Origin: an uncultured Chloroflexia bacterium
GTDB taxonomy: Bacteria > Chloroflexota > Limnocylindria > Limnocylindrales > CSP1-4
DNA length: 64,000 nt
Assembly: GCA_963749705.1 (NCBI GenBank)
Contig: CAVVNQ010000004.1
Span: forward strand, 192,001-256,000
Direction: 5' to 3'
Of this stretch, positions 1 to 9,865 are shown one piece after another. The translations under genes and the position numbers were made by a program. Every line of letters starts with the position of its first letter. The first letter of the stretch is position 1. The notes under the pieces are model-generated. The model had not been told where the DNA came from, ran no database searches, and saw nothing but the letters and a program-made list of their open reading frames with translations.

Positions 1-227
1 ATCGCGTCGATCACGCGGCGGTCGCCGTGGCCGATGTTGACCGACATCAGCTGGGCGTTGAAGTCCAGGATCCGCTTGCCTTCCGGCGTGTACAGGTAGA
101 CGCCTTCGGCGTGATCGATGGCGATCGGGTCGATGGCGCCCTGCACGGACCACGAGAACAGGGTGTGAGCCCGGGACAGGGAGACGATCTCCTCACTGGT
201 CATGCCCGGCGCGGCGCTGATGCCCAT
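1..227 (-). CDS. Class III (omega-amino acid) PLP aminotransferase, N-terminal part; runs off the window edge
   Basis: Manual translation gives MGISAAPGMTSEEIVSLSRAHTLFSWSVQG...AEGVYLYTPEGKRILDFNAQLMSVNIGHG, a typical class III N-terminus. GGAGGA RBS at 231-236 (minus strand). Not in the ORF track. Confidence 0.88.
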   Translation of the reverse strand, partial: MGISAAPGMTSEEIVSLSRAHTLFSWSVQGAIDPIAIDHAEGVYLYTPEGKRILDFNAQLMSVNIGHGDRRVIDA

Positions 228-670
228 GAATCCTCCGATCCGGGCCGCGGTGGCCGGCCCGTGTTCAGGTGACGTCGAGAGCCCCGTGGCGGGACGTGGC
301 ACGCGGGGGCACGGTCGTTGCGGTCATTACAGCACACGGCCGCCGCCGTGACAGGGCCGGACGCCGGGAGCCGGCCCGGGTCGATCGGCCTGAGATCGAC
401 ACCGGCCCCGCGCTCACTGCTGGCTTCTCGCCTCGTTGCCGCTGTTCCGCTGCTCGCCTCGCTTCCGCCGCTCACCTCCGCCGCTCGCCTGACGGAATCG
501 CTGCCCCCTGTCAGATGCCCACCTCGCGAGCGTTGGCCACCGGATCCGTCCGAGTCGACCATCGCGCGTGCCAATACGGTCCCTGGTGCCCGGGAGACGA
601 GCGCGTGTCATGCGGAGGTCGCACAAGGATCCTCGGGCACCGGCGAGTGCTCGCCTGGTGGACAGATGGC

Positions 671-767
671 AGGCGATCCGGACGGCACGGGCGATCCGTA
701 CGCGGAGCAGGCGATCCGGACGCGAACGGGCGATCCGACGCGAACGGGCGATCCGACGCGAAACGGG
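671..767. repeat. Degenerate 18-21 bp tandem repeat (core GGCGATCCG, about 5 copies) just downstream of the decarboxylase stop
   Basis: GGCGATCCG(G/T/-)ACG recurs five times; the last copies read GGGCGATCCGACGCGAA. Confidence 0.75.
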
Positions 768-2195
768 CTATCCCGACGCGGACAGGCCGGCGAGCCCGCG
801 GATCACCGCGATCGAGGCCTCGACGTCGGCCTCGGTCGTCGACCAGCCCGAAACCGAGATCCGCATCGCGCGCCTGCCGTGCCACGTCGTCCCGCCCAGC
901 CACAGCGTCCCGTCGCGCTGGACGGCGGCGATCACGGCGTCCGTTCGGGCATCCCCGGCCGCGTCGTCACCGGACGGGTCGTCGAACCGGACCAGCACCT
1001 GGTTGAGCACGACGTCGTTGAGCACGCGAGCTCCCGCCGTCCCGTCGAGGCCGCTCGCGAACCGGCGGGCATGGTCCGAGGTCCGAGCCACCAGGTCGGC
1101 GACGCCACGACGCCCCAGCGAGCGGAGCGCGGCCCACACCGTGAAGCCGCGCGCGCGCCGCGATGACTCGGCGACCCAGTTGTAGGGATCGCGCTCGGCA
1201 CCGGTCGTCTCGACGTAGTACGCCGCCCCGAGGGTCATCGCGGCCTGGTGGGCCGACGGGTCGGCGACAAACGAGACGCCGGAGTCATAGGGCACGTTGA
1301 GCCACTTGTGCGCGTCGGTCGTCCACGAGTCGGCGAGCCCCACGCCCTCGACCAGGTGGCGGCGCGCCGGATCGGCCGCGGCCCACAGCCCGAACGCCCC
1401 ATCGACGTGCAGCCAGCCGCCGTTCGCCCGGACGGCATCCACGATCGGCGGCAGCGGATCGAACGCGCCCGTGTTCACGTTGCCCGCCTGCGCGCAGACC
1501 AGCGCGGGCCGGTCGAGCGCGGCGAGCACGTCCGCCAGGGCATCCGGGCGCATCCGGCCCTGCTCGTCGGTCGGGATCCGGATCACCCGGTCGCGGCCGA
1601 GACCCAGCATCTGCAGGGCGGCGAAGATCGTGACGTGCAATTCGTCGCTCACGATGACCGGGATCTCCGGCGCGCCGAACAGGCCCTGCCGCTCGACGTC
1701 CCAGCCCGCCCGGCCGAGCAGCGCATGGCGACCCGCGGCGAGGCCGGTGAACGTGGCCATCGTCGCCCCGGTCGTGAACCCAACGCTCACCGTCGGCGGC
1801 AGCCCGAACAGCTCCGCCATCCACGCACCCGCCACCTCCTCGGCGACGGCCGCGGCAGGGCCGATGACGTACAACCCGGCGTTCTGGTCCCAGGCGGTCG
1901 TCAGCCAGTCCGCGCCGACGGCGGCGGGCAGTCCCCCGCCGATCACGAACCCGAAGTACCGCGGACCGGCGCTCGCGATGATGCCGCCGTCCGCGTTCGC
2001 CGCAAGCGCCTCGATCACCGCGACCGGGTCCTCGGGCTCGTCGGGCAGCGCGCCGCCGAAGCGCTCCCTGAGCGTCGCGAGGGAGGATGTCGCGTGCACG
2101 GGTCGCTCAGCCAGCGTCTGCACGAACTCGCGCGCCAGCTCGGCGGCACGTGCCATCGCCGCGTCGGTCTCGGTCGGCCCCTGGACCCGGGTCAT
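768..2195 (-). CDS. Group II PLP-dependent decarboxylase (aromatic-amino-acid/glutamate decarboxylase family)
   Basis: PRYFGFV, HVDGAFG and DAHKWLNVPYD (PLP lysine) motifs; 475 aa. Confidence 0.92.
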   Translation of the reverse strand: MTRVQGPTETDAAMARAAELAREFVQTLAERPVHATSSLATLRERFGGALPDEPEDPVAVIEALAANADGGIIASAGPRYFGFVIGGGLPAAVGADWLTTAWDQNAGLYVIGPAAAVAEEVAGAWMAELFGLPPTVSVGFTTGATMATFTGLAAGRHALLGRAGWDVERQGLFGAPEIPVIVSDELHVTIFAALQMLGLGRDRVIRIPTDEQGRMRPDALADVLAALDRPALVCAQAGNVNTGAFDPLPPIVDAVRANGGWLHVDGAFGLWAAADPARRHLVEGVGLADSWTTDAHKWLNVPYDSGVSFVADPSAHQAAMTLGAAYYVETTGAERDPYNWVAESSRRARGFTVWAALRSLGRRGVADLVARTSDHARRFASGLDGTAGARVLNDVVLNQVLVRFDDPSGDDAAGDARTDAVIAAVQRDGTLWLGGTTWHGRRAMRISVSGWSTTEADVEASIAVIRGLAGLSASG

Positions 2196-2283
2196 TCCTG
2201 GCTCCTTCGCTCAGCGCCGACCCGGACGCCATCGGCCGGGACGAGCCGTCGAGATCATCGCCTGCGCCCGGGCGACACGCAAG

Positions 2284-2396
2284 GCGCCCGGGCAGGCGTA
2301 CGGCGCCGGGTCGACGCGCAAGCCGTGGACGACGCGCAGCACCCCCGGGCAAGGCCACGGCGCCGGGTCGACGCGCAAGCCGTGGACGACGCGCAG
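2284..2396. repeat. Two-copy direct repeat with 57 bp period (40 bp identical) in a divergent intergenic region
   Basis: ACGGCGCCGGGTCGACGCGCAAGCCGTGGACGACGCGCAG at 2300 and 2357. Confidence 0.9.
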
Positions 2397-2448
2397 GTCG
2401 CCCGGACGACGTGCGGAGCGCCTCGCGAGCCGCTAGCCTTCGGCGACC

Positions 2449-3705
2449 GTGATGACTCCATCGCTCTGGCGACACGCCGACTTCCTCAAGCTGTGGGCGG
2501 GTCAGACCGTGTCCGAGCTCGGCTCGGTCGTGACCCGGACCGCGGTGCCGCTCGCCGCCCTGCTGGTCCTGGGCGCAGGCCCCTGGGAGATGGCCGCGCT
2601 GGTGGTGTCGGCGAGCCTCGCCGTGCTCCTGGTGGGGCTGTTCGCCGGGGCGTGGGCCGATCGCGTCCGCCGCCGCCCGCTGCTGATCTGGACCGACGCG
2701 CTGCGGGCGCTGCTCCTGGCGTCGATCCCGATCGCCTACGTGGCCGGGGTCCTGCGGATCGAGCAGCTGTACATCGTGACGTTCATCGAAGCCAGCCTGG
2801 GCGCCCTGTTCGATGCCGCGTACCCCGCGTACGTGCCCTCGCTGATCGGGATCGAGCGGGTCGTCGACGGCAACAGCAAGCTGGCGACGAGCTCGTCGCT
2901 CGCGGAGATCGGTGGGCCGGGGCTGGCCGGCGCGCTCGTCCAGGCCGTGAGCGCCCCGTTCGCGCTGTTCGTCGACGCGGTGTCGTTCGCGTTCTCGGCC
3001 GTGAGCCTGCTCCTGATCCGGACGCCCGAGCCCGCACGACCGGTCCGGACGACGGCGACGCCCATCCGCGGCGAGATCGTCGAGGGGCTGCTCCTCGTGC
3101 GTCGCCATCCGGTCCTGCTGCCGATCGCGGCGCGCTCGGTCATCGCCCACATCGCGGGGTCGTTCTACGGCGTCCTGTACACGATCTACCTGATCCAGGA
3201 CCTCCATCTGACGCCGTTCCTGCTGGGCATCGTGGTCTCCGCGGGCGGCGTGGGGTCGCTGATCGGGTCGTTCTTCGCTGCCCGCGTCATCCGGGCCTAC
3301 GGGCTGGGGCCCAGCCTGATCGGGACCGCGACGCTGGCGGCGGTGCTGGGCGTCCTCACGCCGCTCGCGCAGGGGCCGATCCTGGTGGCAACGGCGATGG
3401 TGTTCATCCCGCAGCTGGTCGGCGACGGGCTCCAGACGATCGAGGGCGTCGCCGAGATCTCGCTCATCCAGGGCCTCAGCCCGGACCGGATCCTGGGGCG
3501 CGTGAACGCCACGCTCGAGGTCGTGTCGCACGGGATCGCCTACCCCATCGGGGCGCTCCTCGCCGCGGCCGTCGCAGGCTGGATCGGCGTCCGGGGCGGG
3601 ATCGCGATCGGCTGGGCCGGGATGGCCGTCTCGATCCTGCTCCTGGTCCGGTCCCCACTGCCCCGCGTCCGGCAGGTGTCGGACGTGCCCGAGGTCGAAG
3701 GCTGA
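2449..3705 (+). CDS. MFS transporter (DHA3/enterobactin-exporter-like)
   Basis: About 12 hydrophobic segments; FLKLWAGQTVSELG start; GAWADRVRRR motif A. Confidence 0.9.
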   Translation: MMTPSLWRHADFLKLWAGQTVSELGSVVTRTAVPLAALLVLGAGPWEMAALVVSASLAVLLVGLFAGAWADRVRRRPLLIWTDALRALLLASIPIAYVAGVLRIEQLYIVTFIEASLGALFDAAYPAYVPSLIGIERVVDGNSKLATSSSLAEIGGPGLAGALVQAVSAPFALFVDAVSFAFSAVSLLLIRTPEPARPVRTTATPIRGEIVEGLLLVRRHPVLLPIAARSVIAHIAGSFYGVLYTIYLIQDLHLTPFLLGIVVSAGGVGSLIGSFFAARVIRAYGLGPSLIGTATLAAVLGVLTPLAQGPILVATAMVFIPQLVGDGLQTIEGVAEISLIQGLSPDRILGRVNATLEVVSHGIAYPIGALLAAAVAGWIGVRGGIAIGWAGMAVSILLLVRSPLPRVRQVSDVPEVEG

Positions 3706-3751
3706 GCGCCGGTCGGGTCGCCGCGCCGCCGCCGCGCCTCCGTCGCTTCAC

Positions 3752-3792
3752 TTGCGCCGTAACCATAAGGTGGCACAATACCGGTTACGGCG
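3752..3792 (+). promoter_or_regulatory. Sigma70-like promoter flanked by a perfect 10-bp inverted repeat (candidate operator)
   Basis: TTGCGC (3752), 16 nt, then CACAAT (3774); CGCCGTAACC 3755-3764 pairs with GGTTACGGCG 3783-3792. Confidence 0.55.
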
Positions 3793-3826
3793 GCGCGGAC
3801 AGCGCCGCACCACGGAGGCCCGGAGC

Positions 3827-4183
3827 ATGACCCACGACGACGCGGCGCGCTGGCTGGACGGCTACATCGAGGCCTGGCGGAGCTACGATCCCGACGCCAT
3901 CGGCAACCTGTTCAGCGAGGATGCCGAGTATCGCTACCACCCGTGGGACGAGCCGGTTCGCGGGCGGGCCGCGATCGTCGCATCGTGGCGCGACAACCAG
4001 GATCAGCCCGGCAGCTGGGAGGCGGAATACCAGCCCTGGGCGGTCGACGGCGATCGCGTGGTCGCCACCGGGATCAGCCGCTACCCGCACGAGCAGCGCA
4101 CCTATCACAACGTGTTCCTGTGCCGGTTCGATGCCGACGGCCGATGCCGCGAGTTCACCGAGGTGTTCGCGAAGGAGCGCTGA
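3827..4183 (+). CDS. SnoaL/NTF2-like family protein
   Basis: WLDGYIEAWRSYD...LFSEDAEY...GRAAI...F pattern; ATG at 3827 after GGAG. Confidence 0.85.
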   Translation: MTHDDAARWLDGYIEAWRSYDPDAIGNLFSEDAEYRYHPWDEPVRGRAAIVASWRDNQDQPGSWEAEYQPWAVDGDRVVATGISRYPHEQRTYHNVFLCRFDADGRCREFTEVFAKER

Positions 4184-4300
4184 CCCCAGCCGGCGCCCGC
4201 GCCACCGGCGTATCCTTCGCTCTCTTGCCGGGCACGGACGGCCCGGGTCGTATCTCGCGCGCCACCGTGCACGGCGCGCGCCGTGGAGGAGGCTGACGCG

Positions 4301-5149
4301 ATGCCCCGTATCGTCCGAGGCGCGCTCCTGCAGGCAACCTGGACCGGCGACAAGGAGTCGATGATCCAGAAGCACGAGGGCTACGCGCACGAGGCGGCCA
4401 AGCAAGGCGCCCAGGTGATGCTGTTCCAGGAGCTGTTCTACGGCCCCTACTTCTGCCAGGTGCAGGAGCCCAGCTACTACAGCTACACCGAGCTCATCCC
4501 CGACGGCCCCACGACCAAGCGCATGCAGGCGCTGGCCAAGGAGACGGGCATGGTCCTGGTGGTGCCGATGTACGAGGAGGACGGCACGGCCTCGGGCATC
4601 TACTACAACACCGCGGCCGTGATCGATGCCGACGGGTCGTACCTGGGCAAGTACCGCAAGACCCACATCCCGCACGTGAAGGGGTTCTGGGAGAAGTACT
4701 ACTTCCGCCCGGGCAACCTCGGCTACCCGGTGTTCCAGACCGCGGTGGGCAAGGTGGGCGTGTACATCTGCTACGACCGCCACTTCCCCGAGGGCGCGCG
4801 GGCGCTGGGGCTCAACGGGGCCGAGATGGTGTTCATCCCGAGTGCCACCAGCCGCGGCCTGTCCGAGTACCTGTGGCGGGTGGAGCAGATCAGCCACGCG
4901 GTCGCCAACGGCTACTTCGTGGGCACCATCAACCGGGTGGGCATCGAGCCATTGGGCGATGACGACTTCTACGGCCAGAGCTACTTCGCCGATCCGCGGG
5001 GCCAGATCATCGGCGGTGCCGGCTCCGCGCACGACGAGGAGCTGATCATCCGCGACATGGACCTCGACCTCGTGACCGAGGTCCGCCAGACCTGGCAGTT
5101 CTACCGCGACCGCCGTCCCGACCAGTACGGGGACCTGGTGGCGCCGTAA
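4301..5149 (+). CDS. Nitrilase-family carbon-nitrogen hydrolase, beta-ureidopropionase-like
   Basis: E-K-C triad (FQELF, YRKTHIP, ICYDRHFP); FWEKYYF motif; GGAGGA RBS. Confidence 0.9.
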   Translation: MPRIVRGALLQATWTGDKESMIQKHEGYAHEAAKQGAQVMLFQELFYGPYFCQVQEPSYYSYTELIPDGPTTKRMQALAKETGMVLVVPMYEEDGTASGIYYNTAAVIDADGSYLGKYRKTHIPHVKGFWEKYYFRPGNLGYPVFQTAVGKVGVYICYDRHFPEGARALGLNGAEMVFIPSATSRGLSEYLWRVEQISHAVANGYFVGTINRVGIEPLGDDDFYGQSYFADPRGQIIGGAGSAHDEELIIRDMDLDLVTEVRQTWQFYRDRRPDQYGDLVAP

Positions 5150-5170
5150 GAAACAGGCCGATCAGCACGG

Positions 5171-5262
5171 TCGACATCGGAACCGGATCCGGTATCATCC
5201 CGCGCGGCTCGGCTGCCAGGAGGAGGGCAGCCGAGCCCCTTTGATTCTCCGGAGGCGGAGAG
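5171..5262 (+). promoter_or_regulatory. Promoter and structured 5' leader of the LLM gene
   Basis: TCGACA (5171), 16 nt, then TATCAT (5193); perfect 12-bp stem GGCTCGGCTGCC/GGCAGCCGAGCC at 5206-5237. Confidence 0.55.
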
Positions 5263-5275
5263 CAGGAGGACCTCG

Positions 5276-6286
5276 ATGCAGTTCGGGTTCACGCTGAAAC
5301 CTGACCACACGATCGAGCGCACGATCGCCCTCACGAAGCAGGCCGAGGCGGCCGGGTTCGAGTACGGCTGGCTGTTCGACAGCCACGTCCTGTGGCGGGA
5401 TCCGTACCCGCTGCTGACGCTGATGGCCCAGGCCACGACCACGATGCGGCTGGGCACCTGCGTGACCAACCCCGCCACGCGCGAGCCGTCCGTGACGGCG
5501 TCCGCGCTGGCCGTGATGGACGAGCTCTCGGGCGGGCGGATGGACCTGGGCATCGGCCGCGGCGACTCCGCCCGACGCGTCCTGGGCAAGAGCCCCACGA
5601 CGATGAAGGACCTCGAGCAGGCGGTCCACGTGATCCGGGCGCTGGTCGAGAGACGGCCGATCGAGTTCGAGGGCACGATGCTCGAGCTGCCCTGGAGCCC
5701 GGGGCATCGGCTTCCGGTGTGGATCGCCGGCTACGGCCCGGTTGCCCTCAAGCTCACCGGGCGGATCGCGGACGGGGCGATGCTCCAGATCGGCGATCCG
5801 GACCTCATCCGCTGGTTCGTGTCGCAGGTCCGTACGTCGGCCGCCGAGGCGGGTCGCGACCCGGACTCGATCAGGGTCATGTCGGCCGCCCCGGCGCACG
5901 TCGGCGACCTGGCCGAGGGCCGCGATCGGACCCGATGGTTCCCGGCCATGGTCGGGAACCACGTCGTGGACCTGGTCAACAAGTACCCTCGCGACGACCT
6001 GCCCGAGGAGCTCACCCAGTACGTCCGGAACCGCGAGGGCTACGACTACCTCCACCACGCGGAGGTGGGCAGCTCAAACGCCTCGTTCGTGAGCGACGAC
6101 ATCGTCGACCGGTTCTGCGTGCTGGGCTCCGTGGATCAGCACATCGAGCGGCTGCGGGCGCTGGCCGAGGCGGGTGTCAGCCAGTTCAACGTCTACCTCA
6201 TGAACGGCAACGAGGAGGAGCTGCTGGAGATCTACGGCCGCGAGGTGATCCCGGCCGTTCGCGATGTTCCGCCCGCGATCGGCTGA
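5276..6286 (+). CDS. LLM-class (probably F420-dependent) oxidoreductase, TIGR03842-like
   Basis: FDSHVLW, CVTNPATR, GIGRGDSA and MVGNHV motifs; adjacent to the ureidopropionase-like gene. Confidence 0.85.
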   Translation: MQFGFTLKPDHTIERTIALTKQAEAAGFEYGWLFDSHVLWRDPYPLLTLMAQATTTMRLGTCVTNPATREPSVTASALAVMDELSGGRMDLGIGRGDSARRVLGKSPTTMKDLEQAVHVIRALVERRPIEFEGTMLELPWSPGHRLPVWIAGYGPVALKLTGRIADGAMLQIGDPDLIRWFVSQVRTSAAEAGRDPDSIRVMSAAPAHVGDLAEGRDRTRWFPAMVGNHVVDLVNKYPRDDLPEELTQYVRNREGYDYLHHAEVGSSNASFVSDDIVDRFCVLGSVDQHIERLRALAEAGVSQFNVYLMNGNEEELLEIYGREVIPAVRDVPPAIG

Positions 6287-6384
6287 CCACCGGCACCGCC
6301 CGGACCTTGGTCAGGGGTCGGATGTCAGGCTCGACGAAGGGGGCACATCGGCGCACACTCGAGCGACTCCAGGAGGTGCCCCCG

Positions 6385-6594
6385 ATGCCGTCGATCTCGC
6401 TGCTCCGTCGCCGTGACCCATGGTGGGAGGCGGACGGACCCGCCGCCCGCCGGGAACGTCGCCGGCAGCGGTTCGTGGCCGCGTTGGCGTTCATGGCAGC
6501 CCTGACCGCGGTCGGCGCCGCGACCATCGCGTGGGCCATCGAGCTGGGCGTCGCGGCCGGCTTCGGGGTGCGGGTGACGCTCGGGATCGGCTGA
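6385..6594 (+). CDS. Small single-pass membrane protein (69 aa), hypothetical
   Basis: AGGAGG RBS before the ATG; basic stretch followed by a hydrophobic helix. Confidence 0.6.
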   Translation: MPSISLLRRRDPWWEADGPAARRERRRQRFVAALAFMAALTAVGAATIAWAIELGVAAGFGVRVTLGIG

Positions 6595-6625
6595 TCCCCG
6601 GCAGATGCGACCGAGCCGCCGGCGG

Positions 6626-7036
6626 TCAGCGCACGCCGGCGAGCTCCGAGTTCTCGAGCCCCAGCGCCCGGCGCGCGGCCATCTCATCGTCGACGCACAG
6701 GGTCAGCTCCATCATCGTTCCCTGACGTCCCACGGGCAGCACGCCGACGACGTTGACCCCCGCGGCCGCGAGCCGCTCGCTCACGTCGGCCAGGCCGCCC
6801 GGGCAATCCTCGACGCTCACCCGGATCGGCTCGCCCTCCATGTACAGGGCGCCCAACCCGTGGAGCACCTCGCGCGCTGCGTCGTCGTCGCTGGTCGTCA
6901 CGAACATGCACGCGAATGGCCCGGCTCCCGCACACGCAACCTGGTGAAGGTCGATGCCGCGCGCCGCGAACGCCCTCGCCACGTGGGCGAGCTCGCCCGG
7001 GTGGTTGCGGAGCTGGATCACGAACTGTCGCGCCAT
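6626..7036 (-). CDS. Tandem ACT-domain protein
   Basis: NHPGELA and DCPGGLA...L...GVNV ACT motifs; AGGAGG RBS. Confidence 0.85.
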   Translation of the reverse strand: MARQFVIQLRNHPGELAHVARAFAARGIDLHQVACAGAGPFACMFVTTSDDDAAREVLHGLGALYMEGEPIRVSVEDCPGGLADVSERLAAAGVNVVGVLPVGRQGTMMELTLCVDDEMAARRALGLENSELAGVR

Positions 7037-7225
7037 CGTCCACCTCCTGCCGCACGCCCATGCCCGCGCCCGGTCGAACGGAGCGTGCTCGTGCGGCGCG
7101 ACGGCGGCCAGTGCCGGAGGTCGATCCGTGGCGCATCGTCCGGCCGGTCGCAGATGGCCATCGACCTGCCCCGCGCACGAACGTCCTACGATCAGGGCTG
7201 AAGCTCAGGCGAAAGGGAGCCAGCG

Positions 7226-7534
7226 ATGTTCGTCAACCTCGTCCACGTCCACGTCAAGCCCGAGCACATCGATGCGTTCATCGACGCCACACGGGCCAAC
7301 CACGAGGCATCGACGCGCGAGCCGGGCAACCTCCGGTTCGACGTCCTGCGCTCGGTCGATGACCCCGACCGGTTCCTGCTCTACGAGTGGTACGTGGACG
7401 AGGATGCCGCGCAGGCGCACAAGCTGACCCCCCACTACGACGCCTGGCGCGAGGCCGTGGCCGACTGGCTGGTCGAGCCGCGTCACGGCGTCCGGTACAC
7501 GGGGCTGTTTCCCGAGACGCCGGTGTCCGAGTGA
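7226..7534 (+). CDS. ABM/LsrG-like antibiotic-biosynthesis-monooxygenase domain protein
   Basis: EPGNLRFDVL...F.LYE.Y...AHK.TPHY motif. Confidence 0.88.
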   Translation: MFVNLVHVHVKPEHIDAFIDATRANHEASTREPGNLRFDVLRSVDDPDRFLLYEWYVDEDAAQAHKLTPHYDAWREAVADWLVEPRHGVRYTGLFPETPVSE

Positions 7535-8802
7535 CCGACGCGGCCCCGAACCTCGCGCACGGCGCGCCGCCGACGAGCCACCCGGAGCTCCCGCCCGCAC
7601 ACGCGGTTCCGCCGTTCACGCTCGGGCGGCTGCCCAGGATCCTGTTCGGCGCCGGCACCGTCGAACGGGTGCCTGCGGTCGTCGCCGGCCACGGCCGGCG
7701 CGCGCTGCTGGTCACCGGTGGCCGCTCCCTGGCTGCGTCGGGGCGCCGGGATGCCCTCGTGGCCGGGCTGGCGGCAGCGGGCGTCGAGATCGTGGGCGAG
7801 GTGACCGTCTCGGGCGAGCCCGGCCCCGCGCTGGTCGACGGCGCGGTCGACGCCCACCGTGACGCGGCCGTCGAGGTGGTCCTCGCCGTGGGCGGTGGCA
7901 GCGCGCTCGACGCGGCCAAGGCGATCGCCGGGCTGCTGCGCACCGGAACCTCGATCCTCGACCACCTCGAGGGCGTCGGGCCACAGGTCCCCTACCCCGG
8001 ACCCGGGGTGCCGCTGGTCGCCGTGCCGACCACGGCGGGCACCGGGAGCGAGGCCACCCGCAATGCCGTGATCAGCGAGCGCGGCCCGGGCGGCTTCAAG
8101 CGCTCGTTCCGCGACGAGCGGCTGGTCGCGGCTGACGCCATCGTGGACCCGGACCTGCTGGACGGGGCGACGCCCGATCACATCGCCGCCAACGGCATGG
8201 ACGCCCTGACCCAGCTGCTCGAGTCGTACGTGTCGCTCCGGGCTGGACCCGTGACCGATGCGCTTGCGATCGCCGGGCTCGAGGCCGCGCGCGACGGGCT
8301 GCCCGCATGGCATGCCGAGCCCGACGGGCCGGGCGCCCCTGCCGCCCGCGAGCGGATGGCGCTGGCCGCCCTGCTTTCCGGGATCTGTCTCGCCCATGCC
8401 GGCCTGGGCGCGGTCCACGGGCTGGCGTCGCCGCTCGGTGCGCTGTTCCCGGTCCCGCACGGCGCCGCCTGCGGATCGACCCTCGCCGCCGTGACCGCGG
8501 TCAACATCGGCGCGCTTGCGGAACGCGATCCCGACGCCCCGGCCCTTCGCCGGTACGCGGTCCTGGGCCGGTTGTTCGCCGGGCTGCCGGACACGTCGAG
8601 CGACCAGGAGGCGCGCGGCGCCCTGGTGATCGCGCTCAGCGAGCTCACCGCGACGCTGGCGATCCCCCGGCTGCGCGAGTTCGGGATCGGCGAGGACGAC
8701 ATCCCGGCCATCGTCGCGGGTTCGCGCGGGAGCTCGATGCGTACCAACCCGGTGACGCTCACGGACGAGGAGCTGGCCGCGATCCTGCGGGCGACCCGCT
8801 GA
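7531..8802 (+). CDS. Iron-containing alcohol dehydrogenase
   Basis: GGGSALDAAK, PTTAGTGSE, DALTQLLE and HGL...PHG motifs; GTGA overlap with the upstream gene. Confidence 0.9.
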   Translation: MTDAAPNLAHGAPPTSHPELPPAHAVPPFTLGRLPRILFGAGTVERVPAVVAGHGRRALLVTGGRSLAASGRRDALVAGLAAAGVEIVGEVTVSGEPGPALVDGAVDAHRDAAVEVVLAVGGGSALDAAKAIAGLLRTGTSILDHLEGVGPQVPYPGPGVPLVAVPTTAGTGSEATRNAVISERGPGGFKRSFRDERLVAADAIVDPDLLDGATPDHIAANGMDALTQLLESYVSLRAGPVTDALAIAGLEAARDGLPAWHAEPDGPGAPAARERMALAALLSGICLAHAGLGAVHGLASPLGALFPVPHGAACGSTLAAVTAVNIGALAERDPDAPALRRYAVLGRLFAGLPDTSSDQEARGALVIALSELTATLAIPRLREFGIGEDDIPAIVAGSRGSSMRTNPVTLTDEELAAILRATR

Positions 8803-8938
8803 CCCGCTGGGACGCCGCGCGGCGAATCGCTACGATGGCGGCCGGGCCGCGAGGCTCGTCGGCCCGATGCCGGCCGGCTCCCACGTGCGAGGTTCACCGT
8901 GCGCCGCTCCACGTCCGCGGATACCGTCGAGGGATCGC

Positions 8939-9412
8939 GTGGCTGACCGCGACCCCCATCCGGCACCGGCGCCCCCGTCAGGCTCCACCCTGCGCCTCGA
9001 TGTCGACCCGGCGCACCTGGCGGAGGTCCGCGCGTTCGTCCGCACGACCTCGGCCGCGCTCGGCGCCGACGACGAGGCCATCGGCGATCTCGTCCAGGCC
9101 GTCGACGAATGGGTGACGAATGTCGGCCGGCACGGGTATCGTGGCAGCCGCGGTCCGGTCGAGATCGAGCTCGGTCGAGACGGGGCGGAGATCGTGGTCC
9201 AGGTCCGGGATCGGGCACCCGTGTTCGACCCCGCCGATGCACCTCCGTTCGACCCGTCGGTCCCGCTGGAACGGCGTCGCCCGGGGGGCATGGGCATCTA
9301 CCTGATGCGGGATCTGATGGGGTCGATCGGGCACCGTCATCGCGATGGCGGTGGCAACGAGGTCACGCTGCGCCGGGCTCGCCGGTCCGTGAACGCTGGA
9401 GGCAACGCATGA
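8939..9412 (+). CDS. RsbW-like anti-sigma/serine kinase (HATPase_c)
   Basis: DEWVTNVGRHG N-box, VRDRAPVFDP, GGMGIYL G-box; start uncertain (8867 or 8939). Confidence 0.85.
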   Translation: MADRDPHPAPAPPSGSTLRLDVDPAHLAEVRAFVRTTSAALGADDEAIGDLVQAVDEWVTNVGRHGYRGSRGPVEIELGRDGAEIVVQVRDRAPVFDPADAPPFDPSVPLERRRPGGMGIYLMRDLMGSIGHRHRDGGGNEVTLRRARRSVNAGGNA

Positions 9413-9825
9413 ACACGACGGTGGACCAGCCCTCTCCCACGGTCGCGGTGATCGGCCTCGAGGGCGAGCTCGATGCGTCGAACTTCGCGGACCTGATCGC
9501 GACCGGGCGGCAGCTGTACGTCGGCGGGGCGCGGGTGCTGGTCCTCGACCTCGCCGGGCTGACGTTCATGGCCAGCTCGGGCATCGTCGCGCTCCACAGC
9601 CTCGCCCGGGTGTTCCAGGGACACGAGCCGCCCGACCTCGAGGCGGGCTGGCAGGCGATCCATGACATCGGCACGGACATCGACGGCGGGGCATCGCTCG
9701 ATCACGTGCGCCTGGTGGCGCCAGGTCCGGCCGTCGATCGCGTCCTCGACCGCACCGGGCTCAAGCGCCTGATGCCGGTGTTCGAGACCCGGGACGCCGC
9801 GCTGGCGGCTGGTGGCGCCGGCTGA
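9409..9825 (+). CDS. STAS-domain anti-sigma antagonist (RsbV-like)
   Basis: GELD...DLAGLTFMASSG phospho-Ser motif; ATGA overlap; GGAGG RBS. Confidence 0.88.
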   Translation: MNTTVDQPSPTVAVIGLEGELDASNFADLIATGRQLYVGGARVLVLDLAGLTFMASSGIVALHSLARVFQGHEPPDLEAGWQAIHDIGTDIDGGASLDHVRLVAPGPAVDRVLDRTGLKRLMPVFETRDAALAAGGAG

Positions 9826-9865
9826 CCGCGGCTCGCGACGCCCAACGAGAACGGACGCGCGGACG

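Noticed and set aside
230-670. ORFs 200..574, 269..1006 and 318..1166 in the long intergenic gap
   Set aside because: No RBS, family motif or coding-type codon bias; only a hairpin (586-641) and a likely promoter are visible
1248-3830. 860-aa plus-strand ORF
   Set aside because: Antisense to the decarboxylase and out of frame with the MFS gene; Arg-rich with no domain signature
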